DNA of 64,000 bases from Minisyncoccota bacterium (GTDB taxonomy: Bacteria; Verrucomicrobiota; Verrucomicrobiia; Limisphaerales; UBA8199). The notes beneath the pieces were generated by a model, which did no database searches, was not told the DNA's origin, and worked only from the letters and a program-made list of their open reading frames with translations. Below are positions 19,059 through 28,110 of this stretch, piece after piece. The DNA is taken from assembly GCA_035452965.1 (NCBI GenBank), contig DAOTCE010000006.1:39404-103403 (forward strand). The letters run 5' to 3'. Made by a program: the position numbers and the translations under genes. How positions within the stretch are numbered: position 1 is the stretch's first letter; the number at the start of each line of letters is the position of its first letter.

Positions 19059-19306
19059 GACGGGCGACAGCGCCGTTCAGGTGGTCGCACGCTGGCGTCG
19101 GCCTGCGTCTGGCTGGAGAATGGCCTGCTAGTGCGGTCAGACTACGGTGTGTATCCCATGGGGAGCGCTCCCCATGGGATACACACCGTAGCACCACCGT
19201 GCCGCCACCGTATCGCCCAGCCGCAGGTGCCGGGTTCAGCGGGGACTGGAGAAAGCAGGCAGCCTGCACCACTGTCCAAACTTTGGACAGTGCGCGAATG
19301 GGAAGT
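19059..19306 (+). repeat. ~240-bp palindrome-containing intergenic repeat, copy A
   Basis: Aligns end to end with 41055-41292 and, in reverse, with ~55450-55688. Contains a perfect 50-bp palindrome at 19142-19191 (CTACGGTGTGTATCCCATGGGGAGC|GCTCCCCATGGGATACACACCGTAG). A second hairpin is CACTGTCCA-AACTT-TGGACAGTG. Confidence 0.75.
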
Positions 19307-19421
19307 TGGGTTGGCCAACCTGGCTGTGGGGGTGAAAGTGATCGTTGGCAATCAATGGAAAACTGTGTTGAACCGCTTTTCCAATCTTCCGCGGGATGAC
19401 TATGAGAAAGTTCTTGAGTGA

Positions 19422-19733
19422 CTACCGCAATGCCGCCGGCGGCCGTCGCCCACGCCCCCGCCTCCGGCGGGAACGGTCGCGGAACATCTTTCTCAGTTCG
19501 TCATAGATGGCCCGCGCGCTGCCGAAGGGCTTGCGCAGCTTCCCCCCGATGGTCTCTGGTTCCCGCCGATAGCGTCGTCTCCGTCTCTGCCGGCGGCGCG
19601 TTGCCCGGTCGAGAACCAGCACTGCCAGGAAGAGAACCGCAATCGCCACGGCGACCCACAACGCCACTGTCTCGCCGCTGAATGAGAGTTGGCCCACTAA
19701 GTATTGATTCTCGTGCATTGCGCCCGCAGTCAT
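19422..19733 (-). CDS. small membrane protein with Arg-rich tail (hypothetical)
   Basis: 103-aa ORF. One clear TM helix (TVALWVAVAIAVLFLAVLVL) followed by RRRQRRRRRYRR and RSRRRRGRGRR tracts. The Arg-rich part could be a GC-driven artefact. Confidence 0.35.
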   Translation of the reverse strand: MTAGAMHENQYLVGQLSFSGETVALWVAVAIAVLFLAVLVLDRATRRRQRRRRRYRREPETIGGKLRKPFGSARAIYDELRKMFRDRSRRRRGRGRRPPAALR

Positions 19734-19860
19734 TCTTCTAGCCTAGTTTAGGTTCCGCAGCAAGGACATCCCTTGCGCGATCCGGGGCATTGCTTGCGCC
19801 TGCTTCAATCGTGTGCTATACACCATGCAGCAATCTCCCTGGTCTTGCTGTTTTGATGGC

Positions 19861-20724
19861 ATGAATTCGCGCAACGCAAGAGGATCCCGCCTGGTGGTTC
19901 CTGGTTTTACGCTCATTGAACTGCTGGTCGTGATTGCCATCATTGCGATTCTGGCGGCGCTGCTCTTGCCGGCACTCGCTAAAGCCAAGGTTCGTGCCCA
20001 ACGCGCCGCGTGCCTCAACAACAGCAAGCAGATCGGCCTGGGCGGCCAGATGTACGCCGATGAAGACCGGAAGCTCGCCCTGAGCGGCACCGCCAATTGG
20101 ACTGATGACGACATGAACTGGCTCTTCCCCCAGTATGTGTCCAACGTGAAGTCCTTCATCTGCCCTACTACCAGAAATTCCGTGCGCACCACCTACTCGG
20201 CCGGGGTCACCTCCACCACAAGTGATCCCTACACTCCCAACGATTCGGGCGTGACTCCCTACCAGGAGCGCCTGCACGGCAACTCCAGGTACTTGTACGA
20301 CCTCATCAACAACGCCTCCGGCAAGAGCGGGACTAACGGTCACAGCTACGAAGTGGCCGGCTGGATAAATGCCCGGCAGTCCTCCGGCGTCGCTGGTGCC
20401 ATGCTCCGCAAGACCCAGTCGCTCATAGCCGGCTACACTTATCGCCTCAACAACTCCGCCGGCGGCTTCCCGCAATACAACTTCCTCGCACAGCATGCCG
20501 GCCCGTCGGACATCTGGATCATCTACGACGCGGACGACAAAGACTACACTTATACCGACCCGAGCCGCAAAAATGAGGACTACCCGGATCCCGGCGACAA
20601 TCATGGAGCCGACGGCGGCAACGTGGTCTTCTGCGACGGCCACGCCGAGTGGGTCCCTCAAAAAGTCTATCTCCTCAAGTGGTTCCGCGGAACCGACGAG
20701 TGGCACGAGCAGATCGTGCGTTGA
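19861..20724 (+). CDS. prepilin-type N-terminal cleavage/methylation domain protein (H-X9-DG / DUF1559-like)
   Basis: ATG 19861 gives [39 protein letters not shown] (class III signal). C-terminal [18 protein letters not shown] motif. Confidence 0.85.
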   Translation: MNSRNARGSRLVVPGFTLIELLVVIAIIAILAALLLPALAKAKVRAQRAACLNNSKQIGLGGQMYADEDRKLALSGTANWTDDDMNWLFPQYVSNVKSFICPTTRNSVRTTYSAGVTSTTSDPYTPNDSGVTPYQERLHGNSRYLYDLINNASGKSGTNGHSYEVAGWINARQSSGVAGAMLRKTQSLIAGYTYRLNNSAGGFPQYNFLAQHAGPSDIWIIYDADDKDYTYTDPSRKNEDYPDPGDNHGADGGNVVFCDGHAEWVPQKVYLLKWFRGTDEWHEQIVR

Positions 20725-20799
20725 ACGGAGTCACCCGCGCCGGTTAGTCAGCGTTCGGCGCATGCGGCGACCCAGGGGGCGGACGGCGCCACCCGGATT

Positions 20800-22614
20800 C
20801 TAATCAATCAAAAGGAGGGTTGCGATTTCGAGCCGCGGGATAGTTAAGTTCACGAGCTTGTAGCGGCCTTTCGCTGACTGCGCAAACTCCAAGGGACCGG
20901 ATGTTGCGGCAGGATCGGCCGTCAATGCAGCCACTGAACGCACTTGCTTCAACGGCACACGCACCGCCACCCGAAGATCAGCCACGGGTGTCACCGTGTC
21001 TTCGAACGAGGATAGGCGGCGCACATCGAGGTTCAGCAGGTGGACGATGGTGCGATGCGGCTGATCGCGTACCACGGCGCGGACCGTGCTGTGCGCGCTT
21101 ACAGCCACCGCCGGCTCGCCAATCGCCGCCTGCACTTCCTTGAGCCAATTCACTTTCTCCGCCGTCACAATCGAGCCGCCCGCGCGGATGAACCCTTTGA
21201 GCCGCCTTAATTCGTTCGTCGTAAAATCAGCCATGGAAGGTGCGAGCAGCAGCTTCGTGCCACGCAATGCCTTCCATAAGTCGTCTTCGCACACCACCTC
21301 GAATTGCAGATTGGCGGCGGTCAGTGCAGCGGCCAACCGGGAGGCACGGCACTGGTCGGAGGCAAGCCAGTTCCGGAACGGCAAGAAGAGGACCAAGTCC
21401 CTCCGCGCGCGGGTGTCGTTGAGCAGGCTGGCATTCCGCCGGAGAAAATCCGCCTGGGGCCGGATGAGCGAGATCATCCGCTCCCGTTCTCTATCCGGCC
21501 ATGTCGGCCAGGAAAGATAGGACGCGTTATGGGCCGCCGCTTCGGCCATGGCAAGCCGCACCAGATGGGGCGGAGTATGATAATCCGCCTCGGCCAGGGT
21601 GACCGCTACCACTGGTTTGCCACGACTAATGGCATGAAGCTGCCGGTAGGTTGGGCCGTATTCCATTACACGGCCGTCCGACAGCGTGCGCGGCTGGCTG
21701 GACATATCCTCCACGACAACGAAATCCTCCGCCCGGCTTAGTTCGTGGATGTTGTAAGCATAGTTGCGGCACTGGGAGTAGAGGACATCCGGTGAGTTAA
21801 GGCTGTTGTTTGCGGTAATCAGCGCGTTGCGCTTGAGGGAGCGAGCGTAATCACGCATGTCGGCCAGAAAATCGCGGGCAATTGTGCAGCGGAAGCGCAG
21901 AAAAGCGTTGGAATGCCGCCGGGCCAGCTGGCGCAGGGCGACTTGCGAATTGGTCTTGGGAAGCGACGCCATGCGAGGCAGCACACCCTCGCGTCGGAGA
22001 AACCGGGCAAATTTCTCCAGGCAATGAGAGCAATAGCAGCCTTGCGGATGAACGGTGGGATTATCAAAGAAGACACCATCGCAGCCCGCCTCCAATTGCT
22101 GGCGCACCATGAATCTCTCGTAAGTCCGCCAGTCGGGATTGTTCATGCAGGCGGGCTGGTATTCACCTCCATACCACGAGGGCAAAGGACTGCCGGCGTG
22201 GTCCTGTTGCCTCCATTCTGCAGGCGGCTGGCCGAACTGGGCGCGCAATTCCGGCGGCCAATTCCTGGCGAAAGCCTCCAACTTAACGATCGAGGTGGCA
22301 CAGACGTAGCCGATCGCCAGACGAATACCCCGGCGCCGGGCGTTGTCGAGGTAGGAAGCGGTCGCCCTGCGCTGCACCGCCAGTTCCTCGGCCGGTGGCA
22401 ACCCCAGGTAGCCCAAGCCCCCCAATCCGGTCACGTAAATAACACTCGCACCGCTCGCCGCTGCCGCTTCAGCCTGGTCGCCGATGGCCCCCAGGTGATC
22501 GAACGCGTGGCCGGCCACGCCTGCCTGGAGTTCGCGCCGCACAGCCTCCCGGGAAATCGCTGTTGGCACAAGTAACAGCAGGCACACGCCGCATTTTAGC
22601 AGTCCGCTCGCCAT
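20800..22614 (-). CDS. secreted hypothetical protein, possibly glycoside-hydrolase-like
   Basis: ORF 20800-22650. ATG 22614 gives signal peptide MASGLLKCGVCLLLLVPTAIS. Segments such as CDGVFFDNPTVHPQGCYCSHCLEKF and a C-terminal beta-rich part. Family not assignable by eye. Confidence 0.65.
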   Translation of the reverse strand: MASGLLKCGVCLLLLVPTAISREAVRRELQAGVAGHAFDHLGAIGDQAEAAAASGASVIYVTGLGGLGYLGLPPAEELAVQRRATASYLDNARRRGIRLAIGYVCATSIVKLEAFARNWPPELRAQFGQPPAEWRQQDHAGSPLPSWYGGEYQPACMNNPDWRTYERFMVRQQLEAGCDGVFFDNPTVHPQGCYCSHCLEKFARFLRREGVLPRMASLPKTNSQVALRQLARRHSNAFLRFRCTIARDFLADMRDYARSLKRNALITANNSLNSPDVLYSQCRNYAYNIHELSRAEDFVVVEDMSSQPRTLSDGRVMEYGPTYRQLHAISRGKPVVAVTLAEADYHTPPHLVRLAMAEAAAHNASYLSWPTWPDRERERMISLIRPQADFLRRNASLLNDTRARRDLVLFLPFRNWLASDQCRASRLAAALTAANLQFEVVCEDDLWKALRGTKLLLAPSMADFTTNELRRLKGFIRAGGSIVTAEKVNWLKEVQAAIGEPAVAVSAHSTVRAVVRDQPHRTIVHLLNLDVRRLSSFEDTVTPVADLRVAVRVPLKQVRSVAALTADPAATSGPLEFAQSAKGRYKLVNLTIPRLEIATLLLID

Positions 22615-22778
22615 ATGGTCTCTGCCCGGTATAGCACGCCCGCCTGGCAAAGCACGCGTTATGATGCCACCCCGATGCCAAGGCGGAAAAGTTCACGTGA
22701 CACGTGTATGAAGCAGCCCGGCCATCAATCGCGCCCAGCCCTTGACACCATCCCGCTTGAATCCGTAGGCTCCGGCTC

Positions 22779-24002
22779 ATGTTACGCAATCTTCTCCCTG
22801 CCGCGATTGTTGTTATGAGCTTAGGCACACCCCTCACCCAATGCGCTCGCGCCGCCACTTTTGCGGACGACGCCACCTTCCTGAAGCGCCACACGGAACT
22901 CATCGTCTTGAGCGATGCGAAGGGCCTTGCCAAAGTGGCCATCGTGCCCGCCTGGCAGGGCCGGGTCATGACCAGCACCGCCGGGGCCGACGCCGGCCTC
23001 AGCTTTGGCTGGATCAACCGCGAGCTCATCGCCTCCGGCAAGCTGCTGCCCCACATGAATGCTTTCGGCGGCGAAGACCGTTTCTGGATGGGGCCGGAGG
23101 CCGGGCAGTTTTCGATCTTCTTCGCCCAGGGAACGAAGTTTGAATTTGCGGACTGGTTTACGCCTGCCGCCTTTGATACGCTGCCGTTCAAAGTCCTGCG
23201 CCAATCCAGGGACAAGGCCGTGTTCGCCTCACAATTCAACCTGACCAATTACTCGGGCACGCGCTTTAAGGTGGCGGTGAACCGGGAAGTCCGCCTGCTT
23301 AACTCCAAAACAGCCTGGCGGAAGCTGGGCGTTAAGCCTTCCGTCGGCGTGAGCCTGGTCGCCTTTGAATCCGACAACAGGATTACCAACGCCGGCGAGG
23401 AAGCGTGGAAAAAGGACACAGGATTGCTCTCGATTTGGATTCTCGGCATGTTTACTCCTTCTCCTTCCGCCACCATCGTCGTACCTATCGAGGCCGGACC
23501 TGAATCCAAGCTTGGCGTAAAGGTAACGTCGGACTACTTTGGCCAGATCCCGCCGGATCGCCTGGTAGTCAAGGACGACGTGATCTACTTCTCCGCCGAC
23601 GGCAAGTACCGCAGCAAGATCGGCATCAACCCCAAGCGTAGCAAGGGCGTATTGGGCAGCTACGACGCGGACAACAAAGTGCTGACCATTGCGCAGTACA
23701 AAGTGCCCGCAGGCGTAACCGACTACGTCAACTCGCTCTGGAAGATCCAGGATGACCCCTACAGCGGCGATGCCGCAAACTGCTACAACGACGGCCCGCC
23801 CGCGCCCGGCGAGAAGCCGATGGGCCCGTTCTTCGAGCTGGAATCCTCTTCACCAGCCGCCGCGCTGGCGCCCGGCAAGAGCCTCGCCCACGTCCACCGG
23901 ACAATCCACCTGACCGGGCCGGAATCCGCGCTGGATGGCGTCGCCCGCGCCACGCTGGGCGTCTCCATCGCCGACATCAAAGCCGGACTCAAGAATCGGT
24001 AA
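22779..24002 (+). CDS. secreted hypothetical protein (first gene of the GH172 operon)
   Basis: 407 aa. Signal peptide MLRNLLPAAIVVMSLGTPLTQCARA. Conserved-looking blocks NAFGGEDRFWMGPEAGQFSIFF and GPFFELESSSPA. Stop codon lies 1 nt before the next start. Confidence 0.75.
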   Translation: MLRNLLPAAIVVMSLGTPLTQCARAATFADDATFLKRHTELIVLSDAKGLAKVAIVPAWQGRVMTSTAGADAGLSFGWINRELIASGKLLPHMNAFGGEDRFWMGPEAGQFSIFFAQGTKFEFADWFTPAAFDTLPFKVLRQSRDKAVFASQFNLTNYSGTRFKVAVNREVRLLNSKTAWRKLGVKPSVGVSLVAFESDNRITNAGEEAWKKDTGLLSIWILGMFTPSPSATIVVPIEAGPESKLGVKVTSDYFGQIPPDRLVVKDDVIYFSADGKYRSKIGINPKRSKGVLGSYDADNKVLTIAQYKVPAGVTDYVNSLWKIQDDPYSGDAANCYNDGPPAPGEKPMGPFFELESSSPAAALAPGKSLAHVHRTIHLTGPESALDGVARATLGVSIADIKAGLKNR

Positions 24003-24003
24003 G

Positions 24004-26028
24004 ATGAACACCAGTAATCAAACCACAGCCGCCGCCGGCAAGACCATGACGCAGTCGGTCAAACAAGGCATGTTCGTCCTGCCAGATGGCAGGAACGTGC
24101 TATTCACCTTCTGTCTGGTCAGCTCGCTGTTCCTCCTCTGGGGATTCTGCAACGGGATGATTGACGTGATGGACAAGCACTTCCAGGAGGAACTGCACCT
24201 CAGCTTGTCGCAGTCGGCCTGGGTCCAGTTTGCGCACTGGATGGGCTACTTCCTCATGTCCATCCCCGCGGGCTGGCTCGCGACGCGGCTGGGCTACAAA
24301 GGCGGCATTATCGCCGGGCTGTTGTTGGTCTCGGTCGGCGGGTTCTGGTTCATTCCAGCATCCAAGATCGCGGCGTTCTGGGCCTTCCTGCTCGGCGTAT
24401 GCGTCGTGGCCTCTGGCTTGACCTTCCTGGAAACGGTGGCCAACCCCTACACGACGGTGCTGGGCCCCTCGCGCTACGCCGCCGCCCGCATCAATACGGC
24501 TCAGTCCTGCAACGGCGTCGGCTGGATCTTCGGTCCGATCGCCGGCAGCATGTTCTTTTATGGCACGGATGCGGCCGGGCGAAGCACCGGTTCGCAGACG
24601 CTTTGGATCCCATATGCGGGCGTTGCGGTGGGGGTGCTCATCCTGGCGGTCATCTTCTTCTTTGCCCCAGTCCCCGATGTGAAGGCTGAGGACGATTATC
24701 ATTTGGACGACAAAGGTCCCGGCACGGCCCCGGCCCCGGCGACCCGGGAGGTGAACCGCAAGCTGTCGTATGCGTTGCTGCTGGGGAATGTGGCCGCGCT
24801 GATCGGCGTCTTCATCTTCATCTTCTGGCTCACGTTCGATGGCCTGCAGCTTGGCCCGCGCCTGGTGGGGTTGGCCTCCGCCATTCCGCGCCCATCCAGC
24901 GTGGTCGTGAGCGCGCAAAACTCGGTGCTGATCGTGCTGACGGTCGCCGCCGGGCTGGTCCTGTTGGCCGCGGCTATCTGGCTGATCGGCGTCACCAAAC
25001 GCCTCTCCCACCACAGCGTCTGGGCGCACGAACACTTTTCCGGGGCCACGCTGGCGCAGTTCCTGTATGTCGCGGCCCAGTGCGGCATCTTCAGCTTCCT
25101 GATCAATTACCTGACCTCGGAGCCGCCGTCCCTGCCCTCCTCCTGGTTCAAGGAGAGCACCAGCAAATGGATCGAGGTGCGAACGGCCTTTGCGGGTTCG
25201 GACTTCAAAGACGTGTCCTCCCTGGCGACAAAACTGACCGTCAAAGCTGATTCTATGTCAGTCTTTCTCGCCACACAGCTTTCCGATGCCACGGTTCAAA
25301 CACTGGCCCGCTACAAGGAAGGTGCGGCCAGCACCACGGCGGCGCGCGTGGCGATGATGCAGGATCTCAACAGCCTCATCCTCAAGACCAACATCTATGC
25401 GCCGGAGCGATTCCAGGGCATCGCCTTGCAGGACAAGACCAGACACCTGCTCGGGCCCGATGCCCCGCCGCGTAGCCTGCCGCGGCTCAACCGGCTGCTG
25501 CTCGCCGACGCGTATCCGCAGGAACTGGCCTTCCAGGACGGCATCTTCGGCGTGAGCAACCAGTTCGCCGCCACACTGGCGTCGGTTGGCTTCTTTTGTT
25601 TCCTCCTGGGCCGGGTCACCGGCGCGGCCATGCTGCGCAAAATCTCCGCCCACAAGATGCTCGGTCTCTACAGCGTGATCAATGCCGTGCTTTGTTTCCT
25701 GATCTACTTGAAGCTGGGCTGGCTGTCGGTAGTGTGCGTCTTCCTCTGCTACTTCTTCATGTCCATCACCTTCCCCACTATCTTCGCCCTCGGTATCTTT
25801 GGCCTGGGGGCGCGGGCCAAGGCCGCCTCGGCCTACATCGTCATGGGCATCGTCGGCGGTGCCCTCCTGCCCAAGCTCATGGGCGCGGTAGCCGACCACT
25901 ATAACATGTCCCGGGGCTTCATCGTGCCCCTAATCTGCTTCGTGTTCATTGCCTTCTACGGCTACGGCTGGCCCAAGCTCAGCCGCGTCGAGGCCCTCCA
26001 CGGCGTCGGGACATCCGGGGGGCGCTAA
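24004..26028 (+). CDS. FucP-like MFS sugar:H+ symporter with large insertions
   Basis: ATG 24004. N-terminal half matches the fucose/glucose-galactose permease pattern (LFLLWGFCNGMIDVMDKHFQEELHLSLSQSAWVQFAHWMGYFLMSIPAGW; LETVANPYTTVLGP). 674 aa, against ~430-440 aa for typical family members. Confidence 0.85.
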   Translation: MNTSNQTTAAAGKTMTQSVKQGMFVLPDGRNVLFTFCLVSSLFLLWGFCNGMIDVMDKHFQEELHLSLSQSAWVQFAHWMGYFLMSIPAGWLATRLGYKGGIIAGLLLVSVGGFWFIPASKIAAFWAFLLGVCVVASGLTFLETVANPYTTVLGPSRYAAARINTAQSCNGVGWIFGPIAGSMFFYGTDAAGRSTGSQTLWIPYAGVAVGVLILAVIFFFAPVPDVKAEDDYHLDDKGPGTAPAPATREVNRKLSYALLLGNVAALIGVFIFIFWLTFDGLQLGPRLVGLASAIPRPSSVVVSAQNSVLIVLTVAAGLVLLAAAIWLIGVTKRLSHHSVWAHEHFSGATLAQFLYVAAQCGIFSFLINYLTSEPPSLPSSWFKESTSKWIEVRTAFAGSDFKDVSSLATKLTVKADSMSVFLATQLSDATVQTLARYKEGAASTTAARVAMMQDLNSLILKTNIYAPERFQGIALQDKTRHLLGPDAPPRSLPRLNRLLLADAYPQELAFQDGIFGVSNQFAATLASVGFFCFLLGRVTGAAMLRKISAHKMLGLYSVINAVLCFLIYLKLGWLSVVCVFLCYFFMSITFPTIFALGIFGLGARAKAASAYIVMGIVGGALLPKLMGAVADHYNMSRGFIVPLICFVFIAFYGYGWPKLSRVEALHGVGTSGGR

Positions 26029-26038
26029 TCCAGACAAT

Positions 26039-28078
26039 ATGCGAAACCGGAACCATGATCCCCTCTTTGCCCTCACGGTCGGCCTGGTCTTGACCTGCGC
26101 GCCGCTCTGGGCTGCACAACAGCAGCTGACTTACGTTGACCTGGTCAAGCGACTCACGGACCTGGAGCAACTGGCCACGGTGCCCATGCCAGGTGAGAAG
26201 TGCGTCCAATGGTCTAGCTACGACCGCGCCAGCCGCTACGATGCGGCTACCGGGAAATATGTGGCCTGGGATGCCAACGCCGACGGGGACGGCATCATCC
26301 GCAAGGAAGATGGCAAACTCGTCTTCGCCGAGATGGAAGGGCCAGGCTGCATCTGGCGTATCTGGTCCGCCACACCCAAAGAGGGGCACGTGCGGATTTA
26401 TCTCGACGGCGCGGCCGAACCCGCGGTGGACCTGCCGTTCGTCGGCTACTTTGATCGCAAGAACGAGCCCTTTACCTGCCCCGCCCTCGTGCACACGGTC
26501 GCCATGGGCTGGAACAATTACACGCCCATCCCGTTCCAGAAGTCCTGCAAGATCACGGCTGATCCCGGCTGGGGCGCCTATTACCAGTTCGTTTACACCG
26601 TCTTCCCCAAAGGCACACAGGTGCCGGCGTTCAGGCGGGACCTGTCGGCGGCGGAGCGGGCGGCGCTCGATCAAGCCAACTCGATCCTGGGTGAGTGCCG
26701 GTTTGGCGCCGGTCGCGAGCACCCCGGGGCGAAGCTGATTGCGAAGGGAATCAAGGCCGGCCCCGTCACCACCAGCACCGTGGCGAAGCTCAAAGGCCCG
26801 CGCGCCATCACGGGGTTACGGGTCAGGCTGGTCCCGGCCCCCGCGCCCGAGGATCTCGACACCCTGCGAGAACTGGCCCTGCAGATCAAATGGGACGGCG
26901 AGTCCGCTCCCAGCGTGTGGTCGCCGCTCGGCGACTTCTTTGGCACGGCGCCCGGCCTCAATGCCTATCGCTCCCTGCCGCTCGGGGCCGGGGAGGACGG
27001 CTGGCTATATTGCAATTGGTACATGCCTTTCAAAAAGGAGGCCCGGGTGGAACTGGTCAACGATGGTTCCACCGCCCGCACCCTGCAGGTCGAGCTCCAA
27101 CACGCCGAACTCTCCCGACCCATCGCTCAACTCGGCCGCTTCCACGCCAAGTGGCACCGGGATGCCTTCCTGCCGCGCGAGGCCGAGCGCTGGATTGACT
27201 GGCCTTTCCTCAAGACCGAAGGGGCGGGGCGCTTCGCCGGCCTCATGCTCCACGTCTGGAACCCGCGCGGGAGCTGGTGGGGCGAGGGAGACGAGAAGTT
27301 CTTCGTGGACGGGGAGAAGTTCCCGTCCACCATCGGCACCGGGTCGGAAGACTATTTTGGCTATGCCTGGTGCTGCCCGCAGTTGTTCCAGAATGCCTAC
27401 CATAACCAGACCCGCAACGATGGCAACAACCGCGGTCACATCTCCGTTAACCGCTGGCAGATCGCCGATGCCATCCCCTTCCACAAGTCCTTTGAGGGCT
27501 GCATCGAGAAGTACTACCGGAACGACCGGCCCACGCTGTATGCGGGCACGACCTACTGGTATCTCGGCCCGGATGGCAATGATCCCTACCGCCCGCTCCC
27601 GCTGCGCGAGCGCCTCGGCTACTGGGGGCCGGTGCAGACCTACAAGGTCAAAGGTGCAATCGAGGGGGAGAAGCTCAAGATTATCGCGAAGAGCGGCGGT
27701 GAGACCCAGGAACAGGACATGACCGCATTCGAGGGAGCCTGGAGCAACGACGCTCACCTCTGGTGGATCCAAGCTAAACCCGGGGACAAGCTGGAGCTGG
27801 CCCTGCCGCTCCAGCAGACGGGGAAGTACCGGATGCTCATGCAACTCACCCGGGCGCCGGACTACGGCATTGTGCAGCTTCATCTCGACGGCCAGAAGCT
27901 GGGCAGCCCGATTGACCTTTACCGCAAGGCGGTCAGGTCTACCGGGGAACTGGCAATGGGCGAGCTCGAACTCGCGGCCGGAGACCATAAGCTGACAGTC
28001 GAGATCGTTGGCGCCAATGACAAGGCCATTAAGAGCCACATGTTCGGCCTGGACTACGTGAAGCTTGACCCGATGTAG
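26039..28078 (+). CDS. DUF2961 / glycoside hydrolase family 172 protein
   Basis: ATG 26039 gives signal peptide MRNRNHDPLFALTVGLVLTCAPLWAAQ. DUF2961-type blocks WNNYTPIPFQKSCKIT and WWGEGDEKFFVDGEKFPSTIGTGSEDYFGYAW. Extra ~130-aa C-terminal beta-sandwich-like module. Confidence 0.8.
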   Translation: MRNRNHDPLFALTVGLVLTCAPLWAAQQQLTYVDLVKRLTDLEQLATVPMPGEKCVQWSSYDRASRYDAATGKYVAWDANADGDGIIRKEDGKLVFAEMEGPGCIWRIWSATPKEGHVRIYLDGAAEPAVDLPFVGYFDRKNEPFTCPALVHTVAMGWNNYTPIPFQKSCKITADPGWGAYYQFVYTVFPKGTQVPAFRRDLSAAERAALDQANSILGECRFGAGREHPGAKLIAKGIKAGPVTTSTVAKLKGPRAITGLRVRLVPAPAPEDLDTLRELALQIKWDGESAPSVWSPLGDFFGTAPGLNAYRSLPLGAGEDGWLYCNWYMPFKKEARVELVNDGSTARTLQVELQHAELSRPIAQLGRFHAKWHRDAFLPREAERWIDWPFLKTEGAGRFAGLMLHVWNPRGSWWGEGDEKFFVDGEKFPSTIGTGSEDYFGYAWCCPQLFQNAYHNQTRNDGNNRGHISVNRWQIADAIPFHKSFEGCIEKYYRNDRPTLYAGTTYWYLGPDGNDPYRPLPLRERLGYWGPVQTYKVKGAIEGEKLKIIAKSGGETQEQDMTAFEGAWSNDAHLWWIQAKPGDKLELALPLQQTGKYRMLMQLTRAPDYGIVQLHLDGQKLGSPIDLYRKAVRSTGELAMGELELAAGDHKLTVEIVGANDKAIKSHMFGLDYVKLDPM

Positions 28079-28110
28079 CCAAACGGCGTCTGCACCAAAC
28101 CACCTGCCCC

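Noticed and set aside
18997-19272. 92-codon N-terminal extension of the permease ORF (17950-19272), plus overlapping ORFs 18957-19421 (+) and 19142-19351 (-), containing GVYPMGSAPHGIHT / VSHGERSPWDTH peptides
   Set aside because: These frames run through repeat copy A. The same peptides appear on both strands because of the palindrome. Differences between copies are not codon-position biased. Permease homology starts at ATG 18996.
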